Origin: an uncultured virus (IMG/VR IMGVR_UViG_3300044729_003472)
Taxonomy: Duplodnaviria > Heunggongvirae > Uroviricota > Caudoviricetes
Reading direction: 5' to 3' (one strand)
Length of the DNA stretch: 64,000 nucleotides
Virus record (IMG/VR): IMGVR_UViG_3300044729_003472
A model generated the notes under the pieces. The model saw only the letters and a list, made by a program, of their open reading frames with translations, was not told where the DNA came from and searched no databases. Positions 18,892 through 27,386 of the stretch are shown piece after piece (positions within the stretch are counted from its first letter, which is position 1; every line of letters begins with the position of its first letter). A program made the translations under genes and the position numbers.

Positions 18892-19540
18892 CAACGAGAT
18901 TTATCAATTGTTTACTGCGTTCAAACACCAGATGATATAGTTCTGAGTGGTTGTGTACTTTTTCTATCAGCTGTCCAAAAGTCATGCACTGATTGACATG
19001 ATCAAACACTATTTGATCCAGGAACATATAGAGTTCAAGGCGCTGCCAATCAAAATCTTGAATACGATTGGCCAGCCAGGCTGTGATAGGTTGTACTCCA
19101 GCATCACTGTTGAGATCAGTCAACTCACTGATCTTGTGCATGGGCTCAAACTGCAACAGTTGATTGCTGCCACCAAAGCTGGCAAGATTCATCAACCAAA
19201 AAAATTGTGGAGCATAGTGTCTGTTGAGAAACAGATAGTTGTCTACAAAATAAAGAATGGTATTGACATCTAGATCAGGATCCTTGCTCAACAGATGTTG
19301 TATGTAGGTGTTGACACCACTGTAAAATCTTTCGCGTGGGTCTCTCACAAACACCGTGATGGGCGCGGCAATGTTGGCTATGTCGTGATTGGTCACAGTG
19401 TTCCAACCACGGTCGGGCATGGTTTCATACAGGCTGCTGCGTCCACATTTGAATATGGGGTACACATAGCTCGAACCAGGTTCAATCTCAATCACCTCAC
19501 AGTGATTGGGAAAAATAGTTTTGGTTATTTCATCAAGCAT
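18872..19540 (-). CDS. Sulfotransferase-family-2-like protein
   Basis: IFKCGRSSL (PSB-loop-like), VFVRDPRERFYSG (3'-PB-like), HYAPQ. Confidence 0.55.
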   Translation of the reverse strand: MLDEITKTIFPNHCEVIEIEPGSSYVYPIFKCGRSSLYETMPDRGWNTVTNHDIANIAAPITVFVRDPRERFYSGVNTYIQHLLSKDPDLDVNTILYFVDNYLFLNRHYAPQFFWLMNLASFGGSNQLLQFEPMHKISELTDLNSDAGVQPITAWLANRIQDFDWQRLELYMFLDQIVFDHVNQCMTFGQLIEKVHNHSELYHLVFERSKQLINLVDVVPKT

Positions 19541-20567
19541 GTATTTCTAATTGTCTAAGCCAGTCACGGCTGAAATACCAGTCATAGTTGTGTTCTATGG
19601 TTTCCTGCTCTAGAAGATACAGATCATGCCATTCGTGTGGTTTCATTTTACTGAAACCCGACACCATTGACAGCAATTTTACCAACCTTTTCACTGGATG
19701 TGGTTCAAGATCAAAACTATAGTCAAAAATCTTTCTAAACAATTTGAATCCCCACACTGACTCTAGATGATGATGAAATTGCCAGGCACCATATGATGCC
19801 CACAGTGACTTGCAAACAATGGGATACATGGTTTTTTCTGTCACCACGGGATGATAGCTCAAGGTGTCAATTTCAGCCACCAACTGTAAAAAAGCCTTGT
19901 TGATACGCAGTGCTGCTGATTTGATCAAGGCACAGTGGTCACTGGGATCATGATATTGATCACTATAGATAGTTTGATAAAACTGCTCGGCCGCCGCATC
20001 ATCGTCAGTCATGATAAATTTCCGCAATATTCGATCATGCTCAGGCAAATCTTGCGTGAGTCGCATGATGTTGCCATCTAGACCTTGCGCGGTATATCTA
20101 AAATTCTTGGTACTTGTGGCAGGATCAAACCAGCCCCATTTCCACATGGCTGCGGTGAGAAACTGTCGACTTTCCCGATTACCGCCCACCAGTGTCATTG
20201 CAAAAGTTTCCCATGATTTGTCAGTGGGCACATCGTGTGCATCCAAGAGGTTTTCATTGAACTTCATGGCACGTTCCGGACTGACCAAGTCTACTCTAAA
20301 ATCAATGTTGGGATAGCGTTGACGCACAGTGTCATTGAACACATAGTAACTGTACAGTGTCAGGGGTCTGCCCAAATCCTGTAGTTGTTGTATGTATTCA
20401 TTGCCACCGTTGATGTCAATGAAGCCTATGGAATCACTGTGATAAACAGTGTTGACATCATCAGGCACCTCAAGTGGATCCCATTCAAGATCACGCACTT
20501 GTTCTTTGCCAGCGTTGATAGCATGTTGACTCCAACTGGGAGGTTTGGTGTAAATCGCCTTGCTCAT
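19533..20567 (-). CDS. Hypothetical protein, possible GT10-like glycosyltransferase
   Basis: LVAE..VVTEKTMYPI..GFKLF..FDYSFD; paralog of 40557..41600; start moved out of the hairpin to ATG 20567. Confidence 0.45.
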   Translation of the reverse strand: MSKAIYTKPPSWSQHAINAGKEQVRDLEWDPLEVPDDVNTVYHSDSIGFIDINGGNEYIQQLQDLGRPLTLYSYYVFNDTVRQRYPNIDFRVDLVSPERAMKFNENLLDAHDVPTDKSWETFAMTLVGGNRESRQFLTAAMWKWGWFDPATSTKNFRYTAQGLDGNIMRLTQDLPEHDRILRKFIMTDDDAAAEQFYQTIYSDQYHDPSDHCALIKSAALRINKAFLQLVAEIDTLSYHPVVTEKTMYPIVCKSLWASYGAWQFHHHLESVWGFKLFRKIFDYSFDLEPHPVKRLVKLLSMVSGFSKMKPHEWHDLYLLEQETIEHNYDWYFSRDWLRQLEIHA

Positions 20568-20575
20568 AAAATGAC

Positions 20576-20603
20576 ACAGGCGAGACATTGCTGCCTCGCC
20601 TGT
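20576..20603 (-). terminator. GC-rich stem-loop downstream of gp32 (leaky terminator or stability element)
   Basis: ACAGGCGAGGCA-GCAA-TGTCTCGCCTGT, 12-bp stem with one G-U pair and a GNRA loop; weak U tract. Confidence 0.6.
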
Positions 20604-20610
20604 TAGTGAT

Positions 20611-21618
20611 TTACTGCTTTTGTTGTCTAGCGCGGATCATGGCCAGGATGTCTTCGGCCTTTTGAGTTCCAGCTGGTTTGGCCACTGGTGCCGAAGCCAC
20701 TGCAGGCTCGTCTTCGTCCTCGGCCACAGGTGCCGGTGCTGGCTTGGCTGCCGGAGTCACCACCTTGAGTGCAGGTGCTGGAGTGTCCTCATCAACTTCG
20801 GCTGCGGTGTTTGCAGCAGTGCCGGCCGGTGCTTGCACCCCCGCAGGACGGAAGTATTGACCCCAACGCTCTACATCATAGGGCTGACCGTCAACGCTGG
20901 CTTCGAACATTTCTTTGATAACACGCAGCTCTACGTCTGTGGGCTTCTTGGGCAGGAATGTGCTCAAGTCATAGAGGCCATGTGCTTCAATTGCTTCAAG
21001 TTCTTCGGTCTGCAAGCCAGACTCTTTGCGAGCCCATTTGCTGGTGTTGTAGTCAGCATAGCCGCCTTTGGAGGTCTTGGCAATGCGGAAATCCAGACCA
21101 CGCTGCATGTCAGTTGGCAGTTCTTCCAGTTCAGGATCCATCAAGGCCGACTTGATGATGGTAAACAGTTGCGGTCCAATAATGAACTTGCGAATAGGAT
21201 TGTCCGGAGTCTTGTCATCGGCAATGGGATTTTCGCGCACAAAGCCTTGAAAGATATAGCTGCGTTTCTTCCAATACTTGCGACCCATTTCTTCTAGGCT
21301 CTTGTCTTTGAACCAAGTACGCACTTCTGCCAAGATAGGGCAAGCTTCGTTCCACATTTCCATGCAGGGCACTTGCACCATGACTTGTTTGGATTCCATT
21401 TCGCCCTTGACACCATTGAAGGGCAAGCGAATCATTGCTCGCTCAACCCAGAAAAAAGTGTTTTTGCTGTTGCCATCGGGCAGGAACCTGATCAAGGCGC
21501 TTTGGCCTTCTTCCATGTTCCAGTGTGGGTAAATTGATTTGTCTCCGCCTTGGGAGTTGTTTGAACCTTTGCTTTCTGCTGCCTGTAGTCTTGCTCGAAT
21601 TTCTGCTAAAGATGCCAT
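20611..21618 (-). CDS. Single-stranded DNA-binding protein (T4 gp32-like)
   Basis: IRFLPD, CPI, YWKKRSY, DFRIAKTSKGGYADY..SKW, flexible Ala/Pro/acidic tail; AAGGAG RBS. Confidence 0.9.
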   Translation of the reverse strand: MASLAEIRARLQAAESKGSNNSQGGDKSIYPHWNMEEGQSALIRFLPDGNSKNTFFWVERAMIRLPFNGVKGEMESKQVMVQVPCMEMWNEACPILAEVRTWFKDKSLEEMGRKYWKKRSYIFQGFVRENPIADDKTPDNPIRKFIIGPQLFTIIKSALMDPELEELPTDMQRGLDFRIAKTSKGGYADYNTSKWARKESGLQTEELEAIEAHGLYDLSTFLPKKPTDVELRVIKEMFEASVDGQPYDVERWGQYFRPAGVQAPAGTAANTAAEVDEDTPAPALKVVTPAAKPAPAPVAEDEDEPAVASAPVAKPAGTQKAEDILAMIRARQQKQ

Positions 21619-21632
21619 AGTAGTTTCTCCTT

Positions 21633-21682
21633 AAAGTTGCCTATGTTGTGTTGCCTATCTAAAAATTAGATCAAAGTTGCCT
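21633..21682 (-). repeat. Three AGGCAAC direct repeats in the gp32 leader
   Basis: + strand gttgcct at 21636, 21650 and 21676; two copies extend to aaagttgcct. Confidence 0.75.
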
Positions 21683-21708
21683 GTGAAACAAAGTGCAGAC
21701 ACGTATGT

Positions 21709-21737
21709 AGTATACGTGTTCTGCAAAGTTGTGTCAA
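21709..21737 (-). promoter_or_regulatory. Sigma70-type promoter for gp32 (TTGACA-17-TATACT)
   Basis: -35 at 21732-21737, -10 at 21709-21714, 17-bp spacer; an additional TAAATA lies at 21741-21746. Confidence 0.8.
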
Positions 21738-21739
21738 TG

Positions 21740-24172
21740 TTATTTAGTGCGATTGGGGAAAGCCAGTGATTTTATTCTTGCCAAAGGATCGCTAGACTCG
21801 TAATAGCTGCCAGTAATGGCTGCGTTGTAGTTCATGGGATCGTCATCCTCTTCCACAAAACTGTTGAGATTGTCACCTTCAGGTAAATCATCAATTTGTT
21901 GGTTAATCTTATTCATCATTTCTTGACGATTACCTATTTTTTGCATCAAAGACTCATACTCATCAATTGATGGAGCAAATGATTTCAATTTCTCATTGCT
22001 GGTACTGGGAGGCTCAGGACTGGTTGCTGTTGTTGGTGTTGATGAGCGTGTTGCTGCTGTGTTGGGGACAGCAGGAGCAAATGATTTCAGTTTCTCAATG
22101 CTGGCACTGGGAGCCTCAGGACTGGTTGCTGTTGGTGCTGGTGCCATTGAGTCTGATGCAGGCGTAGATGTTGACGTTGGTGTTGAGGTTGTTGTTGAAG
22201 AAACCGGTGCCTGTCTTGCAGCAATCTTGTCAAGGGTATCACCTGCCTGCACAGTGTAACTGCCGGCGCCGCCAGGCAACGTAAGAGTTTGACCGACTTT
22301 GATTTTGTTAACGTCAGCCACGCCAGACAGTTTGGCAATTTCTTGAGCGCCAGCGGTGCCTTTGTAGGTTGAAGGTGTTTTGGGAGCGGCTGGTGTTTTA
22401 TTAGGTGCTGCTGCTGGTGTTTTGTCTGCCGCTGCTGGTGTTTTGTCTGCTGCTGGTGCTGCTGTTGGTTCTTTGTCGGCCGCTGGTGCTTTGTTGGTTG
22501 CTGGTGTTGCGTTTCCACCACCAGACAAACTAGATACCATGGCAAGTGGTACCCCTGCGCCAATCACCAATCCGCCAGCTCCTGATGCTATGTTGGATAG
22601 TTTTCCTGGTGCTCCAGGTCCTGGAGGACGCGAACCAGCAGTCATTGATTGCGGGGCGGCCAAGGCTGGCGGCTGAACCTGAACGGCCTTACCCATGAAT
22701 TTTTCAGGCTGACGTAGAATAGTCCCGCGACCGGTGCCGCCTAGACCTATGTCAATATTCATTGGCGATCCTCCGCGACCACCTAGTCCAAATGTGCCGC
22801 CGCCACCACCGCCTGAGCCGCCGCCAAAACCTCCGCTGGCGCCGCCTTCCCAAGGCACAAGATTTTGTTTGCCAAATTCCATGCTTTTGTTTTCTGAAAC
22901 CCCATCACGTTCGGTATTGCTTTGGACCTGATCTGGTGTTTGATCAACATTGAGACTCACGCCCAACTGTTGCAGTCGGGCCTGTACTTCGGTGTCGTCC
23001 CAGCAGTTGGCATTGGGATCTTCTTTGGCCAGTTCTTGTAAACGGTCAAACAATCGATCATCACCTATGATATCATCCAACTGTTCAGTGGCATTCATGG
23101 CTCCGGCGCCGACCATGAGTGGTTCGCTCATGAGTTGCTGTAACTTTTCCCACTTCTCAGGAGTGTCTGGCAAGGCCCAGGTTCCTTCTACCAAGCGATT
23201 GGCCCAGCTTTCAAAAATTTCTGCTTCTTTCATGGTGTTTTGCCTCAAACGTGCTAAGAGAGGCAAAGCAGCCTCTATTCTGTAATCAAGTGTCTGTTCA
23301 ATAAACATGGTCTTGATTGAGTCAACCAGTTCCTCCTGCAGAGTGATTTCGGCAGGATGCCATGTTTCAAAATAATTCTTGTACCCGGACGCGGTGCCCA
23401 ATCTCCGCATTGATTCTCTAAGTTCATTGTAGTAGTGATGTGCTGTGTCAACCAATTCTGCTGTTACGCCTTCCAACACATGTCTGGCACTGGCGCGATT
23501 GAATCTTGACAACACAGCTATTTCATTGACCATTTCTGTTATGTGGCTGCCACGTATGTCGTATGGCTTGCCGCCTTGACGAACATGCTCTAACATTGCC
23601 TTGGCGCCTGCAAGGTTTTTGTACTGCAATTTGTAACGCTCGCCTTCACTGGTTTCAATGAAAATGCTTTCAATGTAACGATGTCTAGCATCATTTTCGC
23701 CCAAGAGCTTGGCATGATTTATGACCAAACGTGCTTCAGTGGCCTGTCCCATGTAACTGGTACGACGATTGCCGTAATAGCCCTCAAACAGTCCTTCCTT
23801 GATTGCGGCCATGCCACGCATGGTGTGCTTGAGCTTGCTGATATTGGTGGGGGTCCAGTCCCAGCGATTGCGCTTGGCAAACTCTCCCAACTGAACGAGA
23901 AAATCAAAAAACTCCTGCTTGTCTTCGGGATCGTCAATACCGCGTCCAAGGTTATCGCCAAAAAATCCTTGGACAGTCCGTTGTTTTTTCTCGTCGTTGA
24001 GTATCAGCACCATGCGACCATAGTTGTTGCCACTGCTGGCCACATAATCAAAGCTGAAAACTTTGGCATTTTCTGCGTCGCTGTCCATGCCCTGAGCATC
24101 TTTTATTTCAATGTCAAAGTCACGAGTGGTCAGCAGATCTGCCAACTTGGTGGATATATTTTGTTGTGCCAT
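21740..24172 (-). CDS. Large hypothetical (probably virion-associated) protein with a low-complexity insertion and LysM-like domain
   Basis: Follows terminase; own TAAATA promoter; start moved to ATG 24172 (MAQQNIS); PAAADKT repeats and LysM motifs. Confidence 0.7.
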   Translation of the reverse strand: MAQQNISTKLADLLTTRDFDIEIKDAQGMDSDAENAKVFSFDYVASSGNNYGRMVLILNDEKKQRTVQGFFGDNLGRGIDDPEDKQEFFDFLVQLGEFAKRNRWDWTPTNISKLKHTMRGMAAIKEGLFEGYYGNRRTSYMGQATEARLVINHAKLLGENDARHRYIESIFIETSEGERYKLQYKNLAGAKAMLEHVRQGGKPYDIRGSHITEMVNEIAVLSRFNRASARHVLEGVTAELVDTAHHYYNELRESMRRLGTASGYKNYFETWHPAEITLQEELVDSIKTMFIEQTLDYRIEAALPLLARLRQNTMKEAEIFESWANRLVEGTWALPDTPEKWEKLQQLMSEPLMVGAGAMNATEQLDDIIGDDRLFDRLQELAKEDPNANCWDDTEVQARLQQLGVSLNVDQTPDQVQSNTERDGVSENKSMEFGKQNLVPWEGGASGGFGGGSGGGGGGTFGLGGRGGSPMNIDIGLGGTGRGTILRQPEKFMGKAVQVQPPALAAPQSMTAGSRPPGPGAPGKLSNIASGAGGLVIGAGVPLAMVSSLSGGGNATPATNKAPAADKEPTAAPAADKTPAAADKTPAAAPNKTPAAPKTPSTYKGTAGAQEIAKLSGVADVNKIKVGQTLTLPGGAGSYTVQAGDTLDKIAARQAPVSSTTTSTPTSTSTPASDSMAPAPTATSPEAPSASIEKLKSFAPAVPNTAATRSSTPTTATSPEPPSTSNEKLKSFAPSIDEYESLMQKIGNRQEMMNKINQQIDDLPEGDNLNSFVEEDDDPMNYNAAITGSYYESSDPLARIKSLAFPNRTK
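21972..22510. repeat. Intragenic direct repeats
   Basis: ~60-bp duplication encoding TATSPE.PS.S.EKLKSFAP (from ~21972 and ~22074) and ~21-bp PAAADKT-type repeats at ~22385-22510. Confidence 0.8.
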
Positions 24173-24179
24173 GATTCTA

Positions 24180-24187
24180 TATTTAGC
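24180..24187 (-). promoter_or_regulatory. Late promoter GCTAAATA, 7 nt before ATG 24172
   Basis: TAAATA core that includes the terminase TAA stop. Confidence 0.6.
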
Positions 24188-25760
24188 GCATGATACTGAT
24201 AAACGGCATGGGTTCAATCACGTTGTCACTGTGATCTTTGAGGTGAGCGTCAAGATCACTGTGATAGGTTTGCAGCAGCATCAGCATGCGCACTGCCAAC
24301 AGCGAAGACATCACAAGATCGTCTGTTTCCCCGGGCTTGGCTGCGTAGCTGGTACCCGAAGCCACAAAGGTTTTGAGTTCACTCACCAGGGGACGACTAA
24401 ACAATTTCATGCGCCCGCTTTCTACCAAGATTTTGAACTTGTTGCAGGCAGTGAGCTTGGCCTTGTGAGTGGTGTTGAAACCTTTGCGGAATCTACGTCC
24501 GCTGCTGCCAACCACACTGTTGTCGCTGAGAAAGTAACCAGGAATGTTTTCTTCCCCATATTCTGCAATGCTCAAAAGAGCAGCTTCGCCTATGGTGTTG
24601 TTCTCCACGCTGTAATAGACATTTTTAGAATCTTTTATCACAGCATGTATTTCTTTAACAATGTCCGCCAAGATACGTATCTGGCTGGGTATGTCAGTGC
24701 GATTGTGGCGCCATTCTGCCACTTGTTCTGTGGTGCCTGCTTCAAACACCTGTATACCAGCAGGATCACCTCCGGTGCCTAGACTGGGATCAAGTGCCAC
24801 AACATATATGGCGTTTGGCTTGATTTCTCGGTACCAACGAACTTGACCAGTTTTACGCACAGGCTCTGTGCCTTCGAGATCCATGAGCTTGATGGGTGAG
24901 ATGAGAGTTTCATCGTTGATAACAAACTCGCAGTCCATTTCTCTGCGGAAACGTTCATCGCCCAGTTGCTGCCGTTGCTGTTCGCCCCAGCTGTCGTCGC
25001 GCTCAGGATGTTCGCGCCAGTAACTGCGAAACGCCTTGAAACCATTGATGCCAAGCTCGGTTTGATTGCCGTGTTCGTCCTCGCACTTGTTGGCGCCCTT
25101 CCACAAAAAAGCAAATTGATCTTCGTCAGAGTTGGGAGTAGAGGTTATGATTGCCTTACCACCTGTGGCCAAGGTAGGCGAAATAGAAGTCCAGAATTCT
25201 TTGGCTATGGTAGGTCGCACAAACGCAAATTCGTCAGCGTACAGCAGCGAGATACTCATGCCTCGTCCCGTGGTTTCTGTTGTGGTCTGACTCACAATAC
25301 GACTACCATTGTCAAACTCCAGGCTGCCTTTGTTGTAACTGGTGCTGCCTGCTCTGATGTGATTGGGACACAGTTCATAAGCATAGCGAATACGTTGCAT
25401 GATTTCCTGTGCGCCAGTATATTTGTGTGCTGCAATTAAAATTGTTGAATCAGGCACAAACATTGCGTACCACAAGAGATATCCCGCAGCCGAAGTTGAC
25501 TTGCCTGTCTGTCGCGGCATCAACGATATTGAAAATCTGTAGTTGTGATAGGTCTTGATCAGTCTGTGCTGATACTCAAAGGGATGATACAGCATCTTGC
25601 CGCGTGTGGGGTGCTGTATGTAGAAAAAGTTGTCTAGGAAGTAGATAGGACCGTCCACAGGATCTGCACAGCGGCTGAATTCTTCTATTTGTTGTTCTGT
25701 GTAGACTTCAAAGCGATGTGGCGCTTTGACCAACACAGTTTCCATGAGATTGGGTTTCAT
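24183..25760 (-). CDS. Terminase large subunit (gp17-like)
   Basis: PRQTGKS Walker A, LLYADEFAF Walker B, ITSTPN, ALDPSLG, DDLVM nuclease motifs. Confidence 0.97.
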   Translation of the reverse strand: MKPNLMETVLVKAPHRFEVYTEQQIEEFSRCADPVDGPIYFLDNFFYIQHPTRGKMLYHPFEYQHRLIKTYHNYRFSISLMPRQTGKSTSAAGYLLWYAMFVPDSTILIAAHKYTGAQEIMQRIRYAYELCPNHIRAGSTSYNKGSLEFDNGSRIVSQTTTETTGRGMSISLLYADEFAFVRPTIAKEFWTSISPTLATGGKAIITSTPNSDEDQFAFLWKGANKCEDEHGNQTELGINGFKAFRSYWREHPERDDSWGEQQRQQLGDERFRREMDCEFVINDETLISPIKLMDLEGTEPVRKTGQVRWYREIKPNAIYVVALDPSLGTGGDPAGIQVFEAGTTEQVAEWRHNRTDIPSQIRILADIVKEIHAVIKDSKNVYYSVENNTIGEAALLSIAEYGEENIPGYFLSDNSVVGSSGRRFRKGFNTTHKAKLTACNKFKILVESGRMKLFSRPLVSELKTFVASGTSYAAKPGETDDLVMSSLLAVRMLMLLQTYHSDLDAHLKDHSDNVIEPMPFISIMR

Positions 25761-25761
25761 T

Positions 25762-26904
25762 TTATTGCACCAAAAAATCTAGTTCTGGCCATAGGGTTTT
25801 GAATTGGCCAGCTGTGTCAGGATGATACAATTCTTCTGTGATTCGTATATGATCACGAAACGCCTTGGTAATTTTGGTCACAGGTGCAGAAATTTCAGCA
25901 TACTGCTTGATTGCGGCGGTGAAAAACTGTTGTTCTTCCGGCGAAGCAAGCCCAGAATCAAGAAACCGTTGAGACTCTTGCCGGGCCAATTCAGCCACTC
26001 TTGAATCGTGTTGGAACGGATCAAGATATTCAGGTTGAAACAAATTTTGCCACTTACATGTGAGTTGGTTGTCAGCTAGGTACTGTCTAAATTCACACAC
26101 TCTTGTGGCATTGTACAAATTGTAAACAGCATGCACACCGCCCCAGTGGCCTTGTGATCGCATCAGATGTTTGACTAAATCGAGATTTTTTTGCATTAAG
26201 TTCCAGTCGGATCCATGTCTAACATACTCCAGTCTTTGGTCTATGTTGTCAAAGCTTATACTCCAGCCCACTCGGTTTCGTTTGGATAATTTTTCAACTA
26301 TGCGATTGCGTTCAAAATCAACATTGAGATTAGTGATCAAGGTAATGATCACCGACTCAGGCACCACATCCAACAATCTTTCATTTTCAGGCAACAGCAG
26401 AGGTTCTCCCCCCACCAGAGCCACTTCGTGAATGTGTTGGCCATGTTTGGCAATGAAATCACACACACTGTCAAAATAGGGTCTAGTACCACTGCGGAAT
26501 GGGATGTGTTTGATTGAAGCCCACTTGCTACTGCAGGCTTCGCCGCAGTAGTTGCAACTGAGATTGCAAGTGGTGTTCCATCTCACATCCACGATCACCG
26601 GATAGTGATACAGTTCACCTGCTGTGCTGTAATCAAAATCAGGATTAACGGCATTGTGCCATTGACGTTCACCGTCTGCCCCAAAACGTTCTGCTTTAAC
26701 ACAGTTTGTGCAATAACTGTGTGCTTGACCTTGTGATATGCTGCGGCGAATTTCACGCATGACTTCGCCATTGAGGATTTCTTCAATAGTGCTGTTGTTG
26801 AGATTGCCCAGCATGTTGGGATTACCAGCACAACAGGTTTTTACGTCACCGCGAGGATTGATATGTAGACCGCGCCAGGGCGCTGCACAAAAGAATTTGG
26901 ACAT
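25762..26904 (-). CDS. Radical SAM protein with N-terminal twitch/SPASM-like domain
   Basis: CNLSCNYC, VGGEPLL; N-terminal CAAPW..GDVKTCC..CTNC. Confidence 0.9.
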   Translation of the reverse strand: MSKFFCAAPWRGLHINPRGDVKTCCAGNPNMLGNLNNSTIEEILNGEVMREIRRSISQGQAHSYCTNCVKAERFGADGERQWHNAVNPDFDYSTAGELYHYPVIVDVRWNTTCNLSCNYCGEACSSKWASIKHIPFRSGTRPYFDSVCDFIAKHGQHIHEVALVGGEPLLLPENERLLDVVPESVIITLITNLNVDFERNRIVEKLSKRNRVGWSISFDNIDQRLEYVRHGSDWNLMQKNLDLVKHLMRSQGHWGGVHAVYNLYNATRVCEFRQYLADNQLTCKWQNLFQPEYLDPFQHDSRVAELARQESQRFLDSGLASPEEQQFFTAAIKQYAEISAPVTKITKAFRDHIRITEELYHPDTAGQFKTLWPELDFLVQ

Positions 26905-26909
26905 GTAGT

Positions 26910-26917
26910 TATTTACA
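26910..26917 (-). promoter_or_regulatory. Late promoter TGTAAATA, 5 nt before ATG 26904
   Basis: TAAATA-ACTAC-ATG, no RBS. Confidence 0.65.
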
Positions 26918-26938
26918 TGTCCGTTTTTAGGGTGTTAG

Positions 26939-27373
26939 TTAATTGCACCAGCTCTGTTTGGCTTCGCCGTAGTATTCTCTGGCAAATCCATTGGCAATCA
27001 ACATAGAGCGTAGGCTTTGCCCATCCAAGATCATGTCACCCAACACACGACCACCAAACTTATCCCAACCGTAAAGTACAACTTGGCGCTTGAGTGATTT
27101 AGCTACCGCATTTTTTGTAAAGGCAGTGGCAGCTTCGCCTCGCTGTGCTTCACTGGGGCACTGTGCTCTGTGACCTTTTTCTGGCGTATCAACACCAAAT
27201 ACTCTAACAGCCAACTCTGGCTTGAGTGGTGCTGGTAAGAATGGTGCTGAAATAACCACAGTATCGCCGTCGTTGACTCGCACGATCTGTGCGTCATATG
27301 TAACACCCTGTGGTGTTTTTTGTGCTAGTGCTAGTGCTGGAACTAACAACAGAGTGAGTAGTAGTTTTTTCAT
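26939..27373 (-). CDS. Thermonuclease (SNase) family protein with signal peptide
   Basis: MKKLLLTLLLVPALALA signal; DGDT, RVFGVDTPE, DKFGGRVLG, GFAREY. Confidence 0.9.
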   Translation of the reverse strand: MKKLLLTLLLVPALALAQKTPQGVTYDAQIVRVNDGDTVVISAPFLPAPLKPELAVRVFGVDTPEKGHRAQCPSEAQRGEAATAFTKNAVAKSLKRQVVLYGWDKFGGRVLGDMILDGQSLRSMLIANGFAREYYGEAKQSWCN

Positions 27374-27378
27374 TTTTG

Positions 27379-27386
27379 TATTTAGG
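27379..27386 (-). promoter_or_regulatory. Late promoter CCTAAATA, 5 nt before ATG 27373
   Basis: TAAATA-CAAAA-ATG; overlaps the upstream TAA stop. Confidence 0.65.

Noticed and set aside
20620..24782. Long plus-strand ORFs at 20620, 23681 and 24111
   Set aside because: Fully antisense to well-supported genes, with no recognisable motifs
13729..25760. Inteins or introns in uvsX or the terminase
   Set aside because: Both have ordinary lengths and continuous motifs, with no intein boundary signatures
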